From the NCBI GenBank assembly GCA_030295235.1, contig AP026155.1:558001-622000 (forward strand): a stretch of 64,000 nucleotides of DNA, written 5' to 3'. The notes below the pieces were generated by a model that saw only the letters and a program-made list of their open reading frames with translations, was not told the origin of the DNA and made no database searches. The position numbers and the translations under genes are program-made. This document shows positions 24,530-36,960 of the stretch, one piece after another. The DNA comes from Fistulifera solaris (lineage: Eukaryota). The stretch's first letter is position 1. Each line of letters starts with the position of its first letter.

Positions 24530-25522
24530 TTATGCCACAGCCAAGTAGCACCAAACCGCACCAATCACCATGGCCAGAATCGATGAAACGAAGCTTAACT
24601 TTTGCGGAATATCCGGTCGATCCAATACTTGACCCGCTTTCCGCGTTCCTTCACCAATCAGTGTCGTCGCCAACGCCATGGTTGTCATCGTCCCAATCGC
24701 GTAGGCGGAAAGAAAGGCCAAACTCCCACCCCACGTGGCCACCGCCACGGCGGGGGCCAACGACGGTGCCCCATCCCACGAAAAGCCGTGCAGTATTCCG
24801 TTGAATAATACGGCTCGTTTTTGCGTCGAATGTTTCGATGCCACTTCATCGACGACCGCCGCCGATAGTGATTGAGAAGCCCCCATCGTGGTGGTCAAAT
24901 CCTGTTCCCATTCTCGAGCTTCGCGGATGCCCATGACACCAATGACGATCAAAGAAAGACCTACGGCAATTTCTGTCACGTGCGAAGCACCCGCCAATAC
25001 CTTTGCATGCCTTTCATATTTTGCACCGTCGATTTGAGTCCAAAGGCCGTCAATCCCAACACGGTGGCCGACAATCCGTGTCCCATCCCCCAAAGTGCTC
25101 CAACCCGAACGGCACGGTACCATCGCTGTCCACAACAACGCGGCAGCAGTGCGGCCAAATGATCAGGACCTGGCAAAAGAAAGAAAAAAGTGTGAGTCGA
25201 AAGTATCGAAGAGTTTTATGTGTTTTGTCACTCCCCCCCCCAAAAAAAAAAAGAAACAAAAATGGTACGCACCGGCAATCGCATGAAGACCACCGGCAAA
25301 GAGTCCTCCCGTAATAGCTCCGGCAATCGCACCGATGCCGACAGTAGGCGTCGCTTGCAGTGATGATGATGATGTTGTTGTTGTTGTTGTTGTTGTTAAT
25401 GTCGGTTTTACTGGCCGTAGTGCGATTGATTTGTGGGCCGTGAAACTTACTACGCCGTGGAGTTGACACAGTCCGACCAGAACGACGAGTAAAAGAGGAT
25501 GGCAACATATAGTCCGTCTCAT
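24530..25522 (-). CDS. Ni/Co-transporter-like (NicO/UreH, plant CGF-like) membrane protein with bipartite targeting peptide
   Basis: GLHAIAG|PDHLAAL across intron 25170-25272; GALWGMGH; NGILHG; multiple TM helices; frameshift near 25000. Confidence 0.8.
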
Positions 25523-26227
25523 TTCTTCTTTTTTCTTCTTTTTTGTTTGCTTGCTATTTAACTCTCAAAATTTAGTTGGCCGTAAGCAGCGAGATGGGAT
25601 CGCGCTTTGCTGACACGGATGTTATAAGAATAGTAAAAAAAATGAAATAAATAAAAAGTCTTTACGGAGTAGAAATGAAGTTGTTTGACTCTCCTTCAAC
25701 TTTAACTTTTTGTTGTGGTTTTTCTCGACTGTCGTAGGTGCGTGTCGGTGGCTTTGTCATCGCCCCTTTTTGGGAAAGCAGCGGAGAACCATCCTTTCGC
25801 ATTGAGTACCGCCAAAGCGAGAAAGGTAACCCTCGGTACATTCTGTTATATAGTCCGTGACTCCCTGTAGGAGAAAAATGTTTGAGAAAACCATACAAAG
25901 CTGTAGGCGGGATCACCCTGAACTGGTACCGTACCGACATTTTGAAACTTCCACGGGGAGGAAACAATTGCTGTTTATTCTTCATTCTTCGAAATGCATT
26001 TCAGTCGGCTCCATCATGATCCATGATAGATGCGACTTACTTTCATTCAACTTCGTCATTATTTATGCTTCAGTTCGTATCGAGCATCGAGGAAACGATT
26101 CTGAGAATGAATAACACAACATATTTTGTCAACAGAGCAAGATAATCATCATCGTAGCGGCAAAAGTCATCAATTCAATTCACTCTCTGTCTCGTTGCGA
26201 CCATTGCGTGGCTGACACTGGATCATC

Positions 26228-26659
26228 ATGTCGAGCAATCATGCTGGAAGTATATCTTCGACAAATGAAGATAATGTCTCCGCGAAAGACGATGCTAACT
26301 GGACGACGACAGTTGTGTTGCAAACGCTAGTCTTGTTTTTCGTCACGGGCTTGGCCGAAATTGGGGGCGGATGGTTGGTTTGGAAATGCATCCGCGACCA
26401 TCGTCCCTGGTGGTGGGGTGTCGTCGGAAGCTTTATTTTGATTCTCTATGGCTTCTTGCCCACACTGCAACCCGTCGTTGACTCGTTTGGTCGTATTTAT
26501 GCGGTCTACGGTGGATTCTTTATTGCTCTTTCCTTGCTGTGGGGATGGGGACTGGACGGGGATCGTCCGGATGTAGGTGATTTGGTGGGTAGTTTGGTGG
26601 CATTGATCGGTGTGTTGTTGATGCTGTTCTGGCCCTTCCGGGAAACGGAGACAAGATAG
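26228..26659 (+). CDS. YnfA/UPF0060 family small membrane protein (SMR/DMT superfamily)
   Basis: AEIGGGWLVW, LYGFLPTLQP, FGRIYAVYGGFFI..SLLWGW..DG.RPD..D. Confidence 0.9.
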   Translation: MSSNHAGSISSTNEDNVSAKDDANWTTTVVLQTLVLFFVTGLAEIGGGWLVWKCIRDHRPWWWGVVGSFILILYGFLPTLQPVVDSFGRIYAVYGGFFIALSLLWGWGLDGDRPDVGDLVGSLVALIGVLLMLFWPFRETETR

Positions 26660-26700
26660 GGATTCGTGTTTGGATGAATGAGTGATAATCGGTAGGAATA

Positions 26701-26735
26701 CTTCACTTCACTTCACTTCACTTCACTTCACTTCA
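26701..26735. repeat. (CTTCA)7 microsatellite
   Basis: Seen directly in the sequence. Confidence 0.95.
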
Positions 26736-27918
26736 CGGAATCAGTCATTCTGCAATGTTTTTAGCGAGCACTTTTTATTGCATGTGTAAATGCGGTTGAT
26801 GACTTTGGAGTAAGTGTTAGTTTTGAAAGACCCTACAAGTGTTAAAATATTAGTTGTCTCATTGCTTTATTAATCGTCGCTCTGGTACAGCTGTTTGCTT
26901 CCGGTCACTGACCTATGTAACTTTCGTAGAAAATGTACCGGATCGTACAAAATCTACGTGCCATTTTCGCGTAGGAGCTAAGTCTACTTCACGAAAAACT
27001 ATGATTTGACTGAAAAAGCATCTTTTTCAGAAAATAAATTTGATCATACTGATACTAATCATTTTTGACAGCAATTTCTTGTCATCAATTCTTTTTAAAC
27101 CTACCTTTTTTTGAACAAATGGTCGGTTTCATTTCAGTCCCGGGTCAGTCACGCATCGTCACACGACCGACAGGCACGCACCGTTTCGCGCAAAATCTCG
27201 CTCCCTTCTTGCAACTTGCAACATGCCCTCATTACCATTCTTGTTCATGTTGCTGCATCTTAAAGCGAATTTCTTGATAAAGTAAGTTGAAATTACATGA
27301 AATTAGTACTCTGCCATGAGCGCTGAAGCGATCCAGCGCTGTTTAGTCTGTTTCATCCTCTATTTCGCCCTCTGACGGCAACTTGTCCATATCGTCACTT
27401 CCGTCTTCATCATCGATTTCATGATTGGAATGGCTTTCTTCAACAATGATCGTGTCAATTTTGTTGAACCAAGCTCTCTTTGAGTGCTGGGTGATGATCT
27501 TTCAAGGTCTGAAGGAAATGCTCTCCACAAATCCATTTGTCTTGATAGCCCGCGAGGGTCATCACTGCACACAAACGTGTGCCAATTTTCACCGACAGTT
27601 TTGAGAACCGAAATGTTGCGAGTCAGGCACGATATATATACCAATCGACGCTAAATAAAAAAAGGAACAATATGTGTGTTGATCGTGCCTGACTAAAGCA
27701 GTCTGCAAGTGTTATTAGCAATGTAATGATAGGATCGGCATTCTCGAAAACAACACGAGATTTGTCGCGATAGGAGTAGGGCGGTGGAGTAGTCGGACCG
27801 TGACTCAACTCCGTTGTGGTAGGCTTCTGCGGAGCCTACATGAAGTCTGGGCCATTGTGCAAACAGCTGTACGGTCTCTCCTTTTCAGCCGCGACGGCGG
27901 ACAGGGAACGGCGAACGG

Positions 27919-27990
27919 CGTTAAAATTCTGCCTCGTCGTAGACGCTAAGTAGAATCTTGTACTGGGAGGCAGAATTTTAACGTCCTTCC
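27919..27990. repeat. ~80-bp hairpin element, copy 2
   Basis: Perfect 17-bp inverted repeat cgttaaaattctgcctc (27919-27935) / gaggcagaattttaacg (27967-27983) around a 31-nt loop shared with copy 1. Confidence 0.88.
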
Positions 27991-28317
27991 GAGCTATGAC
28001 TATGACGAAGCTGTGCTATGCAGACGTGCAGACCCGCACAGACGCCAGACCCGCAAGTTAGCCAGCCGTCGGGCACGAATCTCCCAGATTCGGCTGACAA
28101 GGCAGTGGAACGATTGAAAGTACTCAATGAGAAATTTAGCAACTCAAAACATCACAGCGAAAGAAAATGAGAGATCATTGCCGAGTAAGGCGTCATCCGG
28201 CCACCGTACTTTGTAGAAATGCATCATTCGTTTCTCAAATAATACTCATCTCACCACAAGTGACATTTTGCACAAATAGATTCCTCATTCATCTATCTAT
28301 CTAACAACAAGCCGAGC

Positions 28318-30186
28318 ATGACCAAAGACATGTCGCCACAAGAAGAAAAAGACCGAAGAATACGATAAAAAAGACAACGCGGCCGTCGAAGATGTCGAAC
28401 TCGCCGAAACGGAGGACGGATCTGGCGACAAACAGGAAGAAAGCGACGACAAGAGAATCCGCATGAAGGTTGCCGCCGACGCTCCCTGGAGAGATCGTAT
28501 GTGGGAAGTCTTTACGACATTTTGGCCCCTCGGTTTTATTGCGTTTGGTGGTCCACAAGCGCACGTGGCCATTTTACGTGATCATTTGGTGATTCAGCGC
28601 GATTGGTTGGACGAAGAACAGTTTACGGAACTGTTTGCGATCGGGCAGGTAAGTGATGTATTCGTGTCTGTGTAATATGCAAGGGGATACAAGCGTGTGC
28701 TGACTTTTCCGATCGTTGCTTGCAACGAACAAAGGGTCTGCCAGGTCCGACGAGTACACAGCTGGTCATTTCGACGGCACTCAGTCGTGCCGGTCCTTTG
28801 GGAGGACTCATGGCGTTGTTATTATGGAATCTACCGGGTCTCGTGGTACTCACATTGTGCGGGGTACTCATTGATGCGGTAAGTAGGAGGAGTTTGTTGG
28901 CTCGGTCGCGTTTTGAGAGGCAACTCACACCTACCTTTTGTTTCACAGTACATTGACCCCAATAACCCTCCCTGGTATCTCATTGGTCTTCCTCCTGCTG
29001 CCATCAGTCTCGTTTTCAAGGCTTTCTACGGTTTTGCTGTGAAGCTTGACACTTTGGGTATTATCTTGGTACGTAAATGCACCTGGTCTGGCATCTTTGT
29101 CTTTTGTATCCCATCTGACTCTCTTCACAGGCCCTTTTCTCCTCATGCGTTGCCATTTTGATCAACAACGACGATGATATTAAAGCAAGCAGCAGTCAAT
29201 GGGTCTTTCCTACTTGCCTTGCGCTGGGTGGGCTCATCACGTGGATCGATTCCAAGCGTGAAAAGCCATTCTCCGATTACGGCAGCCCATCGAAAGGTTG
29301 GGATCGTGATACTGACGAAACATTCAAAAGAATTGGCATTCCATTATGGGCTGGGGCTCTCATCTTTGTTGTCTATATCGGAGTTCTCGTAATGGCAATC
29401 GTTTTGGCCGACGTGGCTAAGGTTGAGAATGAATATTTGGAGATTTTCGAAATTATGTACCGTATTGGTAGTATCATCTTTGGTGGAGGTCAGGTGGTAC
29501 TTCCGATGCTTCAAGATGAAGTTGTTCCTGCTTGGATGACGAATAGTCAATTTTTGCAAGGTTTGGGTATTGCTCAGTCCATGCCGGGTCCTTTGTTCAA
29601 CTTCTCAGCGTACTTGGGCGCTGTTTATCAAGGTGTTCCTGGAGCTCTCGTTGCTTTTGTTGGTCTGTTTGGACCAGGTGTCATTCTTATTTTTGCATTC
29701 TGTCCGTTCTGGTACGTTTTATGGATTTGATATTGATATTCACAGCTTGAACGTGGCACTCACTTTATCAATCTCAGGGCCCGACTTCGTCACAACCAAG
29801 ATTTCAAAGCCATTCTCAAGGGTCTCAATTCGACTGCCATTGGTCTTGTCGGCGCTGCTTGTATAATTCTTTGGGAATCTGCTATTTCGGGATCAGCCGA
29901 TGCCATTGTATTTTCGATCGCCTTCACTCTGGCCGTAGTCTTTAACGTCCAGGCTCCGCTTTGCATCCTCGTGGGTGGAATCGTCGGAGCCCTAATGCAC
30001 CTGGACGCTCTTGATCTAGGCCAGCGTGCCTATTGCGTTGATTCCGGCTTTGTCGTCCCGCCCCCGAGAATGAATTGTGAATCCCTAATACCGCGCCCTC
30101 GTTGTAGTGAGGATGATACGACGGTATTGATGTATGTGATCGCGACAGAACTAATTGGGCTGAGGAACAAAATGAAACATGTATAG
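28318..30186 (+). CDS. Chromate ion transporter (CHR family, long-chain), multi-exon; 3' end uncertain (~30080 or 30186)
   Basis: AFGGPQAH, FTELFAIGQ|GLPGPTSTQ, IFGGGQVVLP, AQSMPGPLFNFSAYLG; about four short introns; frameshift at A5 28346-28350. Confidence 0.9.
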
Positions 30187-30672
30187 CTGTTGCGGTGGTT
30201 CTTGTGTATGCATTACTCGTGTACTGTTTTGATGTTCTACGACAACTTGTGTTTTGTAACAATACGGAGTAACAATTGTCACCTTGGATCTAGTTTTGTA
30301 CGCTTCAATCGTCCACTCCCAGAAGTTCGTGACTGGACCGACTGTCCTAAGCTTTCGAAAAATATCGCTTAAAAGCAAACCGACGGGGAATGTTCTTTTG
30401 GCGTTAGAGTTTACAGTCTACATGGATGTGCATTTCATTACTTACAATTAATGACTCTTTCTCGGACTCTTCATTGTAAACACAGAACGCCAACTAGTCG
30501 TGTACAATTTGCACGAGCTCCGTGCGACGTGGCACAGATACACTCCGATATCTCCGCCTTCCACACGTCCGGCGCATTGGTCTCTTCTCCCACCACTTTT
30601 CCGGTGTTTTGGGTTTGAGTCGGTGTCCGTTTCCTTGTTGCTTCTGTATCTTGTCATTGTGATCGTGTCAAT

Positions 30673-31230
30673 ATGAAATCTAGTTTGGCTGTAGTTCTAT
30701 TTGCACCTGCGGTGCTCGCTCAAACTGAAACGGCTCCCCCGCCCGTTCTTACTGAAAATGGCTTTGACTGCTTCTTGTCAACCCCCGAACTCCGCGATGC
30801 AGTCGATGCTTACTTGGATGATCCTTCGCAAGGAACCGCGACCGTCCAAAAATACGGCTGGCCCATCGGCAACTGGTGCGTTCGAAATATTGCCGATTTC
30901 TCTTATTTGTTTGATGTAAACCGCAACCCAAAAGCTGCAACATTCAACGAAGATTTGACCGGTTGGGTGACAACCAGCGCTCGCGACATGAGTTTCATGT
31001 TTGCCGGGGCTGCCTCATTCAACGGAGACGTATCGAAGTTTCAAACTGGGCGTGTATTAAAAATGCCGGGTATGTTTGAAGATGCCATCAGCTTCAACCG
31101 GGATGTCTCGCAATGGGACGTCTTCAATGTTCGAGACTTTGAACGCATTTTCCGCGAAGCAATAGCTTTCACTGGTGATATATCCAGCTGGGATATGCGT
31201 TGCGTAGAAACAAATAGCACTCTATTTTAG
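30673..31230 (+). CDS. DUF285/BspA-like repeat secreted protein, 3'-truncated duplicate
   Basis: Signal peptide; ELRDAVDAY, YGWPIGNWCV, FNEDLTGW, MSFMF..A.SFNGDVS. Similarity to the next gene stops after WDMRC. Confidence 0.75.
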   Translation: MKSSLAVVLFAPAVLAQTETAPPPVLTENGFDCFLSTPELRDAVDAYLDDPSQGTATVQKYGWPIGNWCVRNIADFSYLFDVNRNPKAATFNEDLTGWVTTSARDMSFMFAGAASFNGDVSKFQTGRVLKMPGMFEDAISFNRDVSQWDVFNVRDFERIFREAIAFTGDISSWDMRCVETNSTLF

Positions 31231-32161
31231 TGCTTTGTGGTTCCTGAGTCATCCTTTCTCATGGACTGGCGGTAGGAACTTGGCAGGGCGTCTTTCAGCC
31301 CACTTGACAATGCTAATGAACATATTGATAGGTAACCTTCACTTTCTATTCGGATGTCGGATGGTTTCATTCTTTCAAGACTGGCGAAATCAATGGTAAA
31401 TGAGAAAGACTAAGTTGATATGGCAGATAAAACTAGAAATACTGGAATAGACCAAAATCGAATGTCGAGCGTTAGCTCATCATTCATTACGGAGTACGGA
31501 GTACTTATTTTTGAATGACCCTTTACCCTTTGTCGAGAGCAAAAACCTTGGCGGTAATCAATATGTCGTTATCGGTTAGGGTTCGAGAGAGTGACGAAAT
31601 CGAAATGAGTGGTCGACAAACCAAGAACAAAAAAATGACGCCCATCCAGCAACGGACAAATTCGAAAAACTTCGCTTAAAGCCATCGTTTCCCTTGGAAT
31701 TCATGTAAATTTTTTGGTGACGTAATTGTTTCACTGAAGCGGGACTTTTGGCGTTGCGCACTTGTCTATAACGTGCCTGCGCGCCTGTTGTATGGATCGT
31801 CACAAAATACCTCAGTCACCCGCCGACGTGGGGGTACTCTTGTTATGACTTTTTATGTCCCGGGTTGCTCTCGAAATTTTTAAATCGTCTAAGTAAATGA
31901 ATTCGTAAGTATCTGTTTAACGGTTATGAACGGTAATACCGCAAATGAAATTTCACACTACGATTCAAATTTTGGTGTTACTGTGCTCGTGCGCAGTCGC
32001 TGACCTGTTTGTCCGTTCCGTAGGAAATCTACACAAATTTCTTGTTGGGGAAGCACTCCGAATTCCTCCCACCGTACCTCCGCATAACAACAGCGCAAGT
32101 GCATTTCATTGCCAACAGTCTTTCACACTTTTGTAGTTATCGTCTGCTGTTCCAAGTCACC

Positions 32162-33025
32162 ATGAGATCTTTAATAGTCGCAACCCTTCTTTCTGCCGTC
32201 TCTGTACTCGCACAACCCGGACGACCAGGACCCAACACGACCGCACCAGAACCTGTATTGGAAGAGAATGGCTTCAAGTGCTTTCTTACCACTCCCGAAC
32301 TGCGCGATGCTGTAGATGCTTACTTGGTCGATCCTTCAGAAGGCTCCGCGGTAGCCCAAGAGTACGGCTGGCCCATTGGTGAATGGTGTGTTCGTAACAT
32401 TGCTGACTTCTCCTACTTGTTCGACTCGAACCGTAACCCCGCTGTTGTGACTTTCAACGAGGACTTGACCGGATGGGTCACTACATGCGCGCGTGACATG
32501 AGCTACATGTTTGCCGGAGCTTCCGAATTCAACGGAGACGTAACGAAGTTTCAAACTGGTCGTGTCTTGACCATGGCAGGTATGTTTGAAGATGCTAAAT
32601 CCTTCAACGGAAATCTCGGCAGCTGGGACGTTTTCAACGTGCAAAACTTTCAGCGTATGTTTGGTGGCGCCGAGTCGTTCGAGGGAAACGGTTTGGAGGA
32701 CTGGGACACGCGATGTGCGGAGGATATTAGCTATATGTTCTACACTGCTTTCTCCTTCAACGCCGACCTTTCTGCTTGGGAAGTATCAAACATCAGGGAT
32801 TTCCATTTCGCTTTCGATGATGCTAAAGTCTTTTCTCAGAACTTGTGCCCATGGACGGAGTCAATTACGAACTTGGAACCCAAGGATGCTGTCGCCATGT
32901 TCACCGGTACATCGTGCCCGGAGGCTGTGGAGTTGGAACCCGTGTTGGACGAGGAAGCTATTGGCGAGCCTCTCACCGTCTTCTGCTTCAACTGTACGGA
33001 ATTCCAGCGCCGCAAGCGTCAATAA
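32162..33025 (+). CDS. DUF285/BspA-like repeat secreted protein
   Basis: Signal peptide MRSLIVATLLSAVSVLA; repeated MF..A.SFN.DL..W.V; C-terminal FSQNLCPW...MFTGTSCP. Confidence 0.85.
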   Translation: MRSLIVATLLSAVSVLAQPGRPGPNTTAPEPVLEENGFKCFLTTPELRDAVDAYLVDPSEGSAVAQEYGWPIGEWCVRNIADFSYLFDSNRNPAVVTFNEDLTGWVTTCARDMSYMFAGASEFNGDVTKFQTGRVLTMAGMFEDAKSFNGNLGSWDVFNVQNFQRMFGGAESFEGNGLEDWDTRCAEDISYMFYTAFSFNADLSAWEVSNIRDFHFAFDDAKVFSQNLCPWTESITNLEPKDAVAMFTGTSCPEAVELEPVLDEEAIGEPLTVFCFNCTEFQRRKRQ

Positions 33026-33402
33026 GCGCGCACTATAGCGAGATAAGACAATCTTCGTTTGTGATAGTGTGATAAAATAATATACTCTACGCTCTAGGTG
33101 AATGAATGTTTGCATTAACTTGTGTTTTCCTTCTAGAATGAACGAGTCCATTATAACATTGACAAGTACAGTAGAAGGTAATCTTATTACCCAATACAGC
33201 TTTCACGGCGTCCATTCTATTGTCCATTTTTTTACTCCGTATTTCTGTTCTGCTTCCTTGAAGCTTCTGCGAAGTTGTTGCAACTTAAAAGAAGGATGCT
33301 GCCATGTGCTACGAGGTCATTAGTGTCCGGCATACACGTTCAGGTTGCCTATACTCATGCAAAGCATCACTGCTCGCGTATTGTTGAATACGTGTAATTC
33401 AA

Positions 33403-33518
33403 AGACCCGTACTACTATGATAAGATCCTTGTTAGTTATCAACCAAAGCTGTTGAAACTTAGACCCGTACTACTATGATCAGATCCTTGTTACTTATCAA
33501 CCAAAGCTTTTGAAACTA
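33403..33518. repeat. 58-bp tandem duplication (2 copies) at the KAE1 3' end
   Basis: agacccgtactactatgat.agatccttgtta.ttatcaaccaaagct.ttgaaact at 33403 and 33461. Confidence 0.9.
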
Positions 33519-34642
33519 AGGCTCTCTCCACACCGTCAAAACTTGATCCGTCCTATATCGCTGTGTACACACACTGTCTTCCAAAGGCGTAGTGTTCCCC
33601 CCATATTGCAATTGCAGAATACCCGCTTGCGCAATCATGGCTCCATTGTCGATGCAATACCGATGATCCATTGCACAGAGGGTAGCCCCGCGTTCGTGAC
33701 ACATTTGTTGCATCATGTCTTGCAGTCGCCGATTGCAGCCCACTCCTCCCACAATAAGCACTTGCGATTGCTGTGTGAGTGCCATGGCTCGTTCGGTGAT
33801 CTCCACCAACATGGCAAAGATGGTTTCTTGCAACGAAAAGCACAAATCATCGGCGGTAAAGTCGGACGACGACGAAATTGCTTTCGCATACTGTTCGACT
33901 TGGGTCAGAATACCCGAAAAACTGACATCCATCCCCTTGACTGTATACGGCAGTTCCAAAAGTGCTTTCCCGCGCGTTTGGCGGCCTGTTCAATGTTGTA
34001 TCCCGGCGATGGATCGTTCGACAAGTGAAGTACACGGGCGAACCGATCCAAACAATTCCCCACGGCAATATCAATCGTCTCTCCAAAGATGCGATAACGC
34101 TGATTCGAATACGCAATCACCTGCGTATTGCCTCCACTGACGTACAATACGACTGGATTCGTCGCTTGACACGCGATGCGTCCCATTTCAATGTGTCCGA
34201 CGCAGTGATTGACACCCATCAACGGTATATCAAACAACAGCGACAACGTCCGCGCCGCGATGACACACGACTGCAAAGGAGCGCCCATTCCGGGTCCTTG
34301 GGTGAAACAAATGGCCGCAATTTGTTGCAAGGTAATCCCAGCTTCGTTCAAGGCCGCCCGGATCAACGGCACCACGTGTTGTTGATGATGATACGCCGTT
34401 TGTTTCGGCAAGAATCCGTGTCCGGTCGGAGCAACGTACGTTTTCCGAGGATTCGCTCGAATCAAGTACGTTTCTTCGGAGGGATCATACTGTAACACAC
34501 CAATGCCTATCTTATTGGCGGAACCTTCAATGCCCAAGACGTAAGTAATACCCAGGGCAGTCGAAGGAATGCGATGAAGGGGCGGATGGGGTAACGGCAA
34601 ATTTCCAAATGCTCGACAAGGAGCGTCAGTGGCTGTCACCAT
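33516..34642 (-). CDS. KAE1: tRNA N6-threonylcarbamoyltransferase Kae1/OSGEP (KEOPS complex)
   Basis: [85 protein letters not shown]; one base missing at A4 33958-33961. Confidence 0.95.
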
Positions 34643-35113
34643 CGTAAGCAACTTAGATACATACAATTGTAGGGAGTCTTGGCCAAGGACACGTTTTGTT
34701 TTTGTTAGTAAAAGACATGCAGAAGAAAGAAGAAAAAAAAAAAAGAAATTGTCGTCGTTATTATTATTATTATTTGGTGGTTTTGTGTTGCTGAGCGCGA
34801 TCATCTTCTGTCCTTGTCACGTCGATCCGGGATTCAAGAAAATATTTCGGTAGTCGCAGGAAGCTCTTAACGTTTGATTCATCTCTTCTCATCTCTCACA
34901 ATTCTGGATACAACAACGATTATCAACAAAAGCGCGGTTTCAAACATCCTTGTCGTCGAGGATCTATGTCCAGGCATTTGGACGGAAGTAGAAATGAAGC
35001 TCTCACTAAATCGTCGTCATATCACGAATCACTAGACTCATTTCCTTCTTTCAATCATTCTGGTATATACTACTATTAGATTTACAAAAATCATTCTAAT
35101 TATAATATATGAT

Positions 35114-36046
35114 TCATTCCAGGACGATAGGTCTATCTTTATCACCGTCTTCCGGTGTATTTGTTTTCCGTCGTTTACGGGGTTTCGTATTGCTCGTCGC
35201 ATTCTTCTCTTTCACAGAATTCTTACGTTTCGGAGCGGATGATGATTCTTCGGTAGATGACAACGTAGCGTCCGACGGTGGCGATTCGATCCGAGGATGT
35301 TCTGTCTGGGGTGTTTCCACAATCCGTTCCGTGGTGCCGTCGGGATGACGAATGATCCGTTCAGTTCTTGTTTCCCGTTGTCCATTCACAATACGCGTTG
35401 TAGTGGCGACCGATACCGACGACGTCCCGTCGCTTCTGGTGAACGAAGTCATAGTAGAAGTCCCCATACTCATGCCGTCGCCGTTCATCCTTGTCGTGGG
35501 TGACAGGAAATTAGTACCTAACGATGGTTGAGACATCATGCCTCCCAAGCCGCCCAGAAATGGGTCTCCATACAGTCCTCCCCATGAATGCATTCCCATA
35601 CCCATTCCTCCCATTGCATAATTATTCATTCCCATATTTAGTCCTCCCATGGGATTCATTCCAAACATAGTAGTACTCCTCATTCCTCCAAAGGATGGAA
35701 ACAACAGAGATCCTGGCGTCAATTGTGACGGAAAAAGTTCTTCAAACAATTGAAACGGATCATGAAAAGCAAACGGATGATGATTGTCGGACAAGGACGA
35801 TACGGTTTGTTGTTGTTGTTGTTGTTGTCGATGATCGTATCGTGCCCGTTCTTCCGGATCTGACAAGACTTCGTACGCATTGGAGATTTTGACAAAAAGA
35901 GGCGTTACACGTTCTTTGTCTTGGACAGTTGGTTGCTTGTCGGGATGATGTTGCAACGCCAAACGACGGTAGGCCGTACGAATTTCGGCCGCCGTGGCCG
36001 TGTGAGAGACGCCCAATATTTGATACGGATCGTCGCCTTCTTCCAT
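35114..36046 (-). CDS. DnaJ subfamily B (DNAJB6-like) co-chaperone
   Basis: DPYQILGV, AYRRLAL.HHPDK, ISNAYEVLSDP, FHDPF.LFEE.F, G/M-rich region, S/T-rich TTTRIVNG. Confidence 0.88.
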   Translation of the reverse strand: MEEGDDPYQILGVSHTATAAEIRTAYRRLALQHHPDKQPTVQDKERVTPLFVKISNAYEVLSDPEERARYDHRQQQQQQQTVSSLSDNHHPFAFHDPFQLFEELFPSQLTPGSLLFPSFGGMRSTTMFGMNPMGGLNMGMNNYAMGGMGMGMHSWGGLYGDPFLGGLGGMMSQPSLGTNFLSPTTRMNGDGMSMGTSTMTSFTRSDGTSSVSVATTTRIVNGQRETRTERIIRHPDGTTERIVETPQTEHPRIESPPSDATLSSTEESSSAPKRKNSVKEKNATSNTKPRKRRKTNTPEDGDKDRPIVLE

Positions 36047-36960
36047 AGTTGAGCGCTAGAAATCAATATTGCGAGGAAGGAAGCGCGATGTGTGTGTTTG
36101 TGTGTGTGTGTCTCTCTTTCTCTCTGTATTTGTCGTAGTTTTTTGTATTGCTGGCAAACACAAATAATAATGTAGACTGTCAATGAGTGGAAATCTCTTT
36201 TCGATTGATGGAAGGATTTGTTCTTCTGAAGGTGTGATACCAAATCAAAGATGTTATAATATTATCATTGGTTTAAAGATCTCTCTCTCTCTCTCTCTAC
36301 GTAGTATATTATTCCAACGACAACCGAAACCGAAACCGAAATCGATGGAATTCATCCGAAATAATAATAATGGAAATGCGATTTTGGGATTATTATTATT
36401 ATTTATTTGAGGGGAGTCAGTCGTCCGTCGTCCGTACAACGTACGCAATCGGGCGGCGGTGTTCGTCGTTGCTTTCCAATCTTCAATCAAAGGGGTAAAG
36501 ATCGCTAACCGGTTTTGGACATATAGAACGAAACAAGAATCTTAGATCGTATATAAATTATGAAAAGCGGTTCTTATTTTTTTCATCTTCTATACAAAGT
36601 AGACAGTCTTCTCGGGACTCCTCCCATACGAAGGACGCGTTTATTTGCCAGAACAACCAATAACAAACCAAACGCACAACCGCCCGCCAGTTTCAAGACG
36701 AAACGAATCCAACAACAACAAACAATAAGAACAAGGCCAACAACAACGACAGAAAGAAATTCCTAATTTATTCTTTCTTTTGCAAACATTTGCATTCTCA
36801 ACATTCTATTCCTGCTTTGATTATTATTATTATTCTTATTATTATTCGTCGAAGAGCGAGTAGCCAATAGATTGAGGAAGGAGAATCAACGGCTGCGATA
36901 CAAAATCACACTTGCCCGATAGAGACACACACACACACACACACACAAACAAACAAACAA

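Noticed and set aside
33403..33518. CRISPR-like repeat
   Set aside because: Only two abutting units, no spacers, no cas genes, eukaryotic context.
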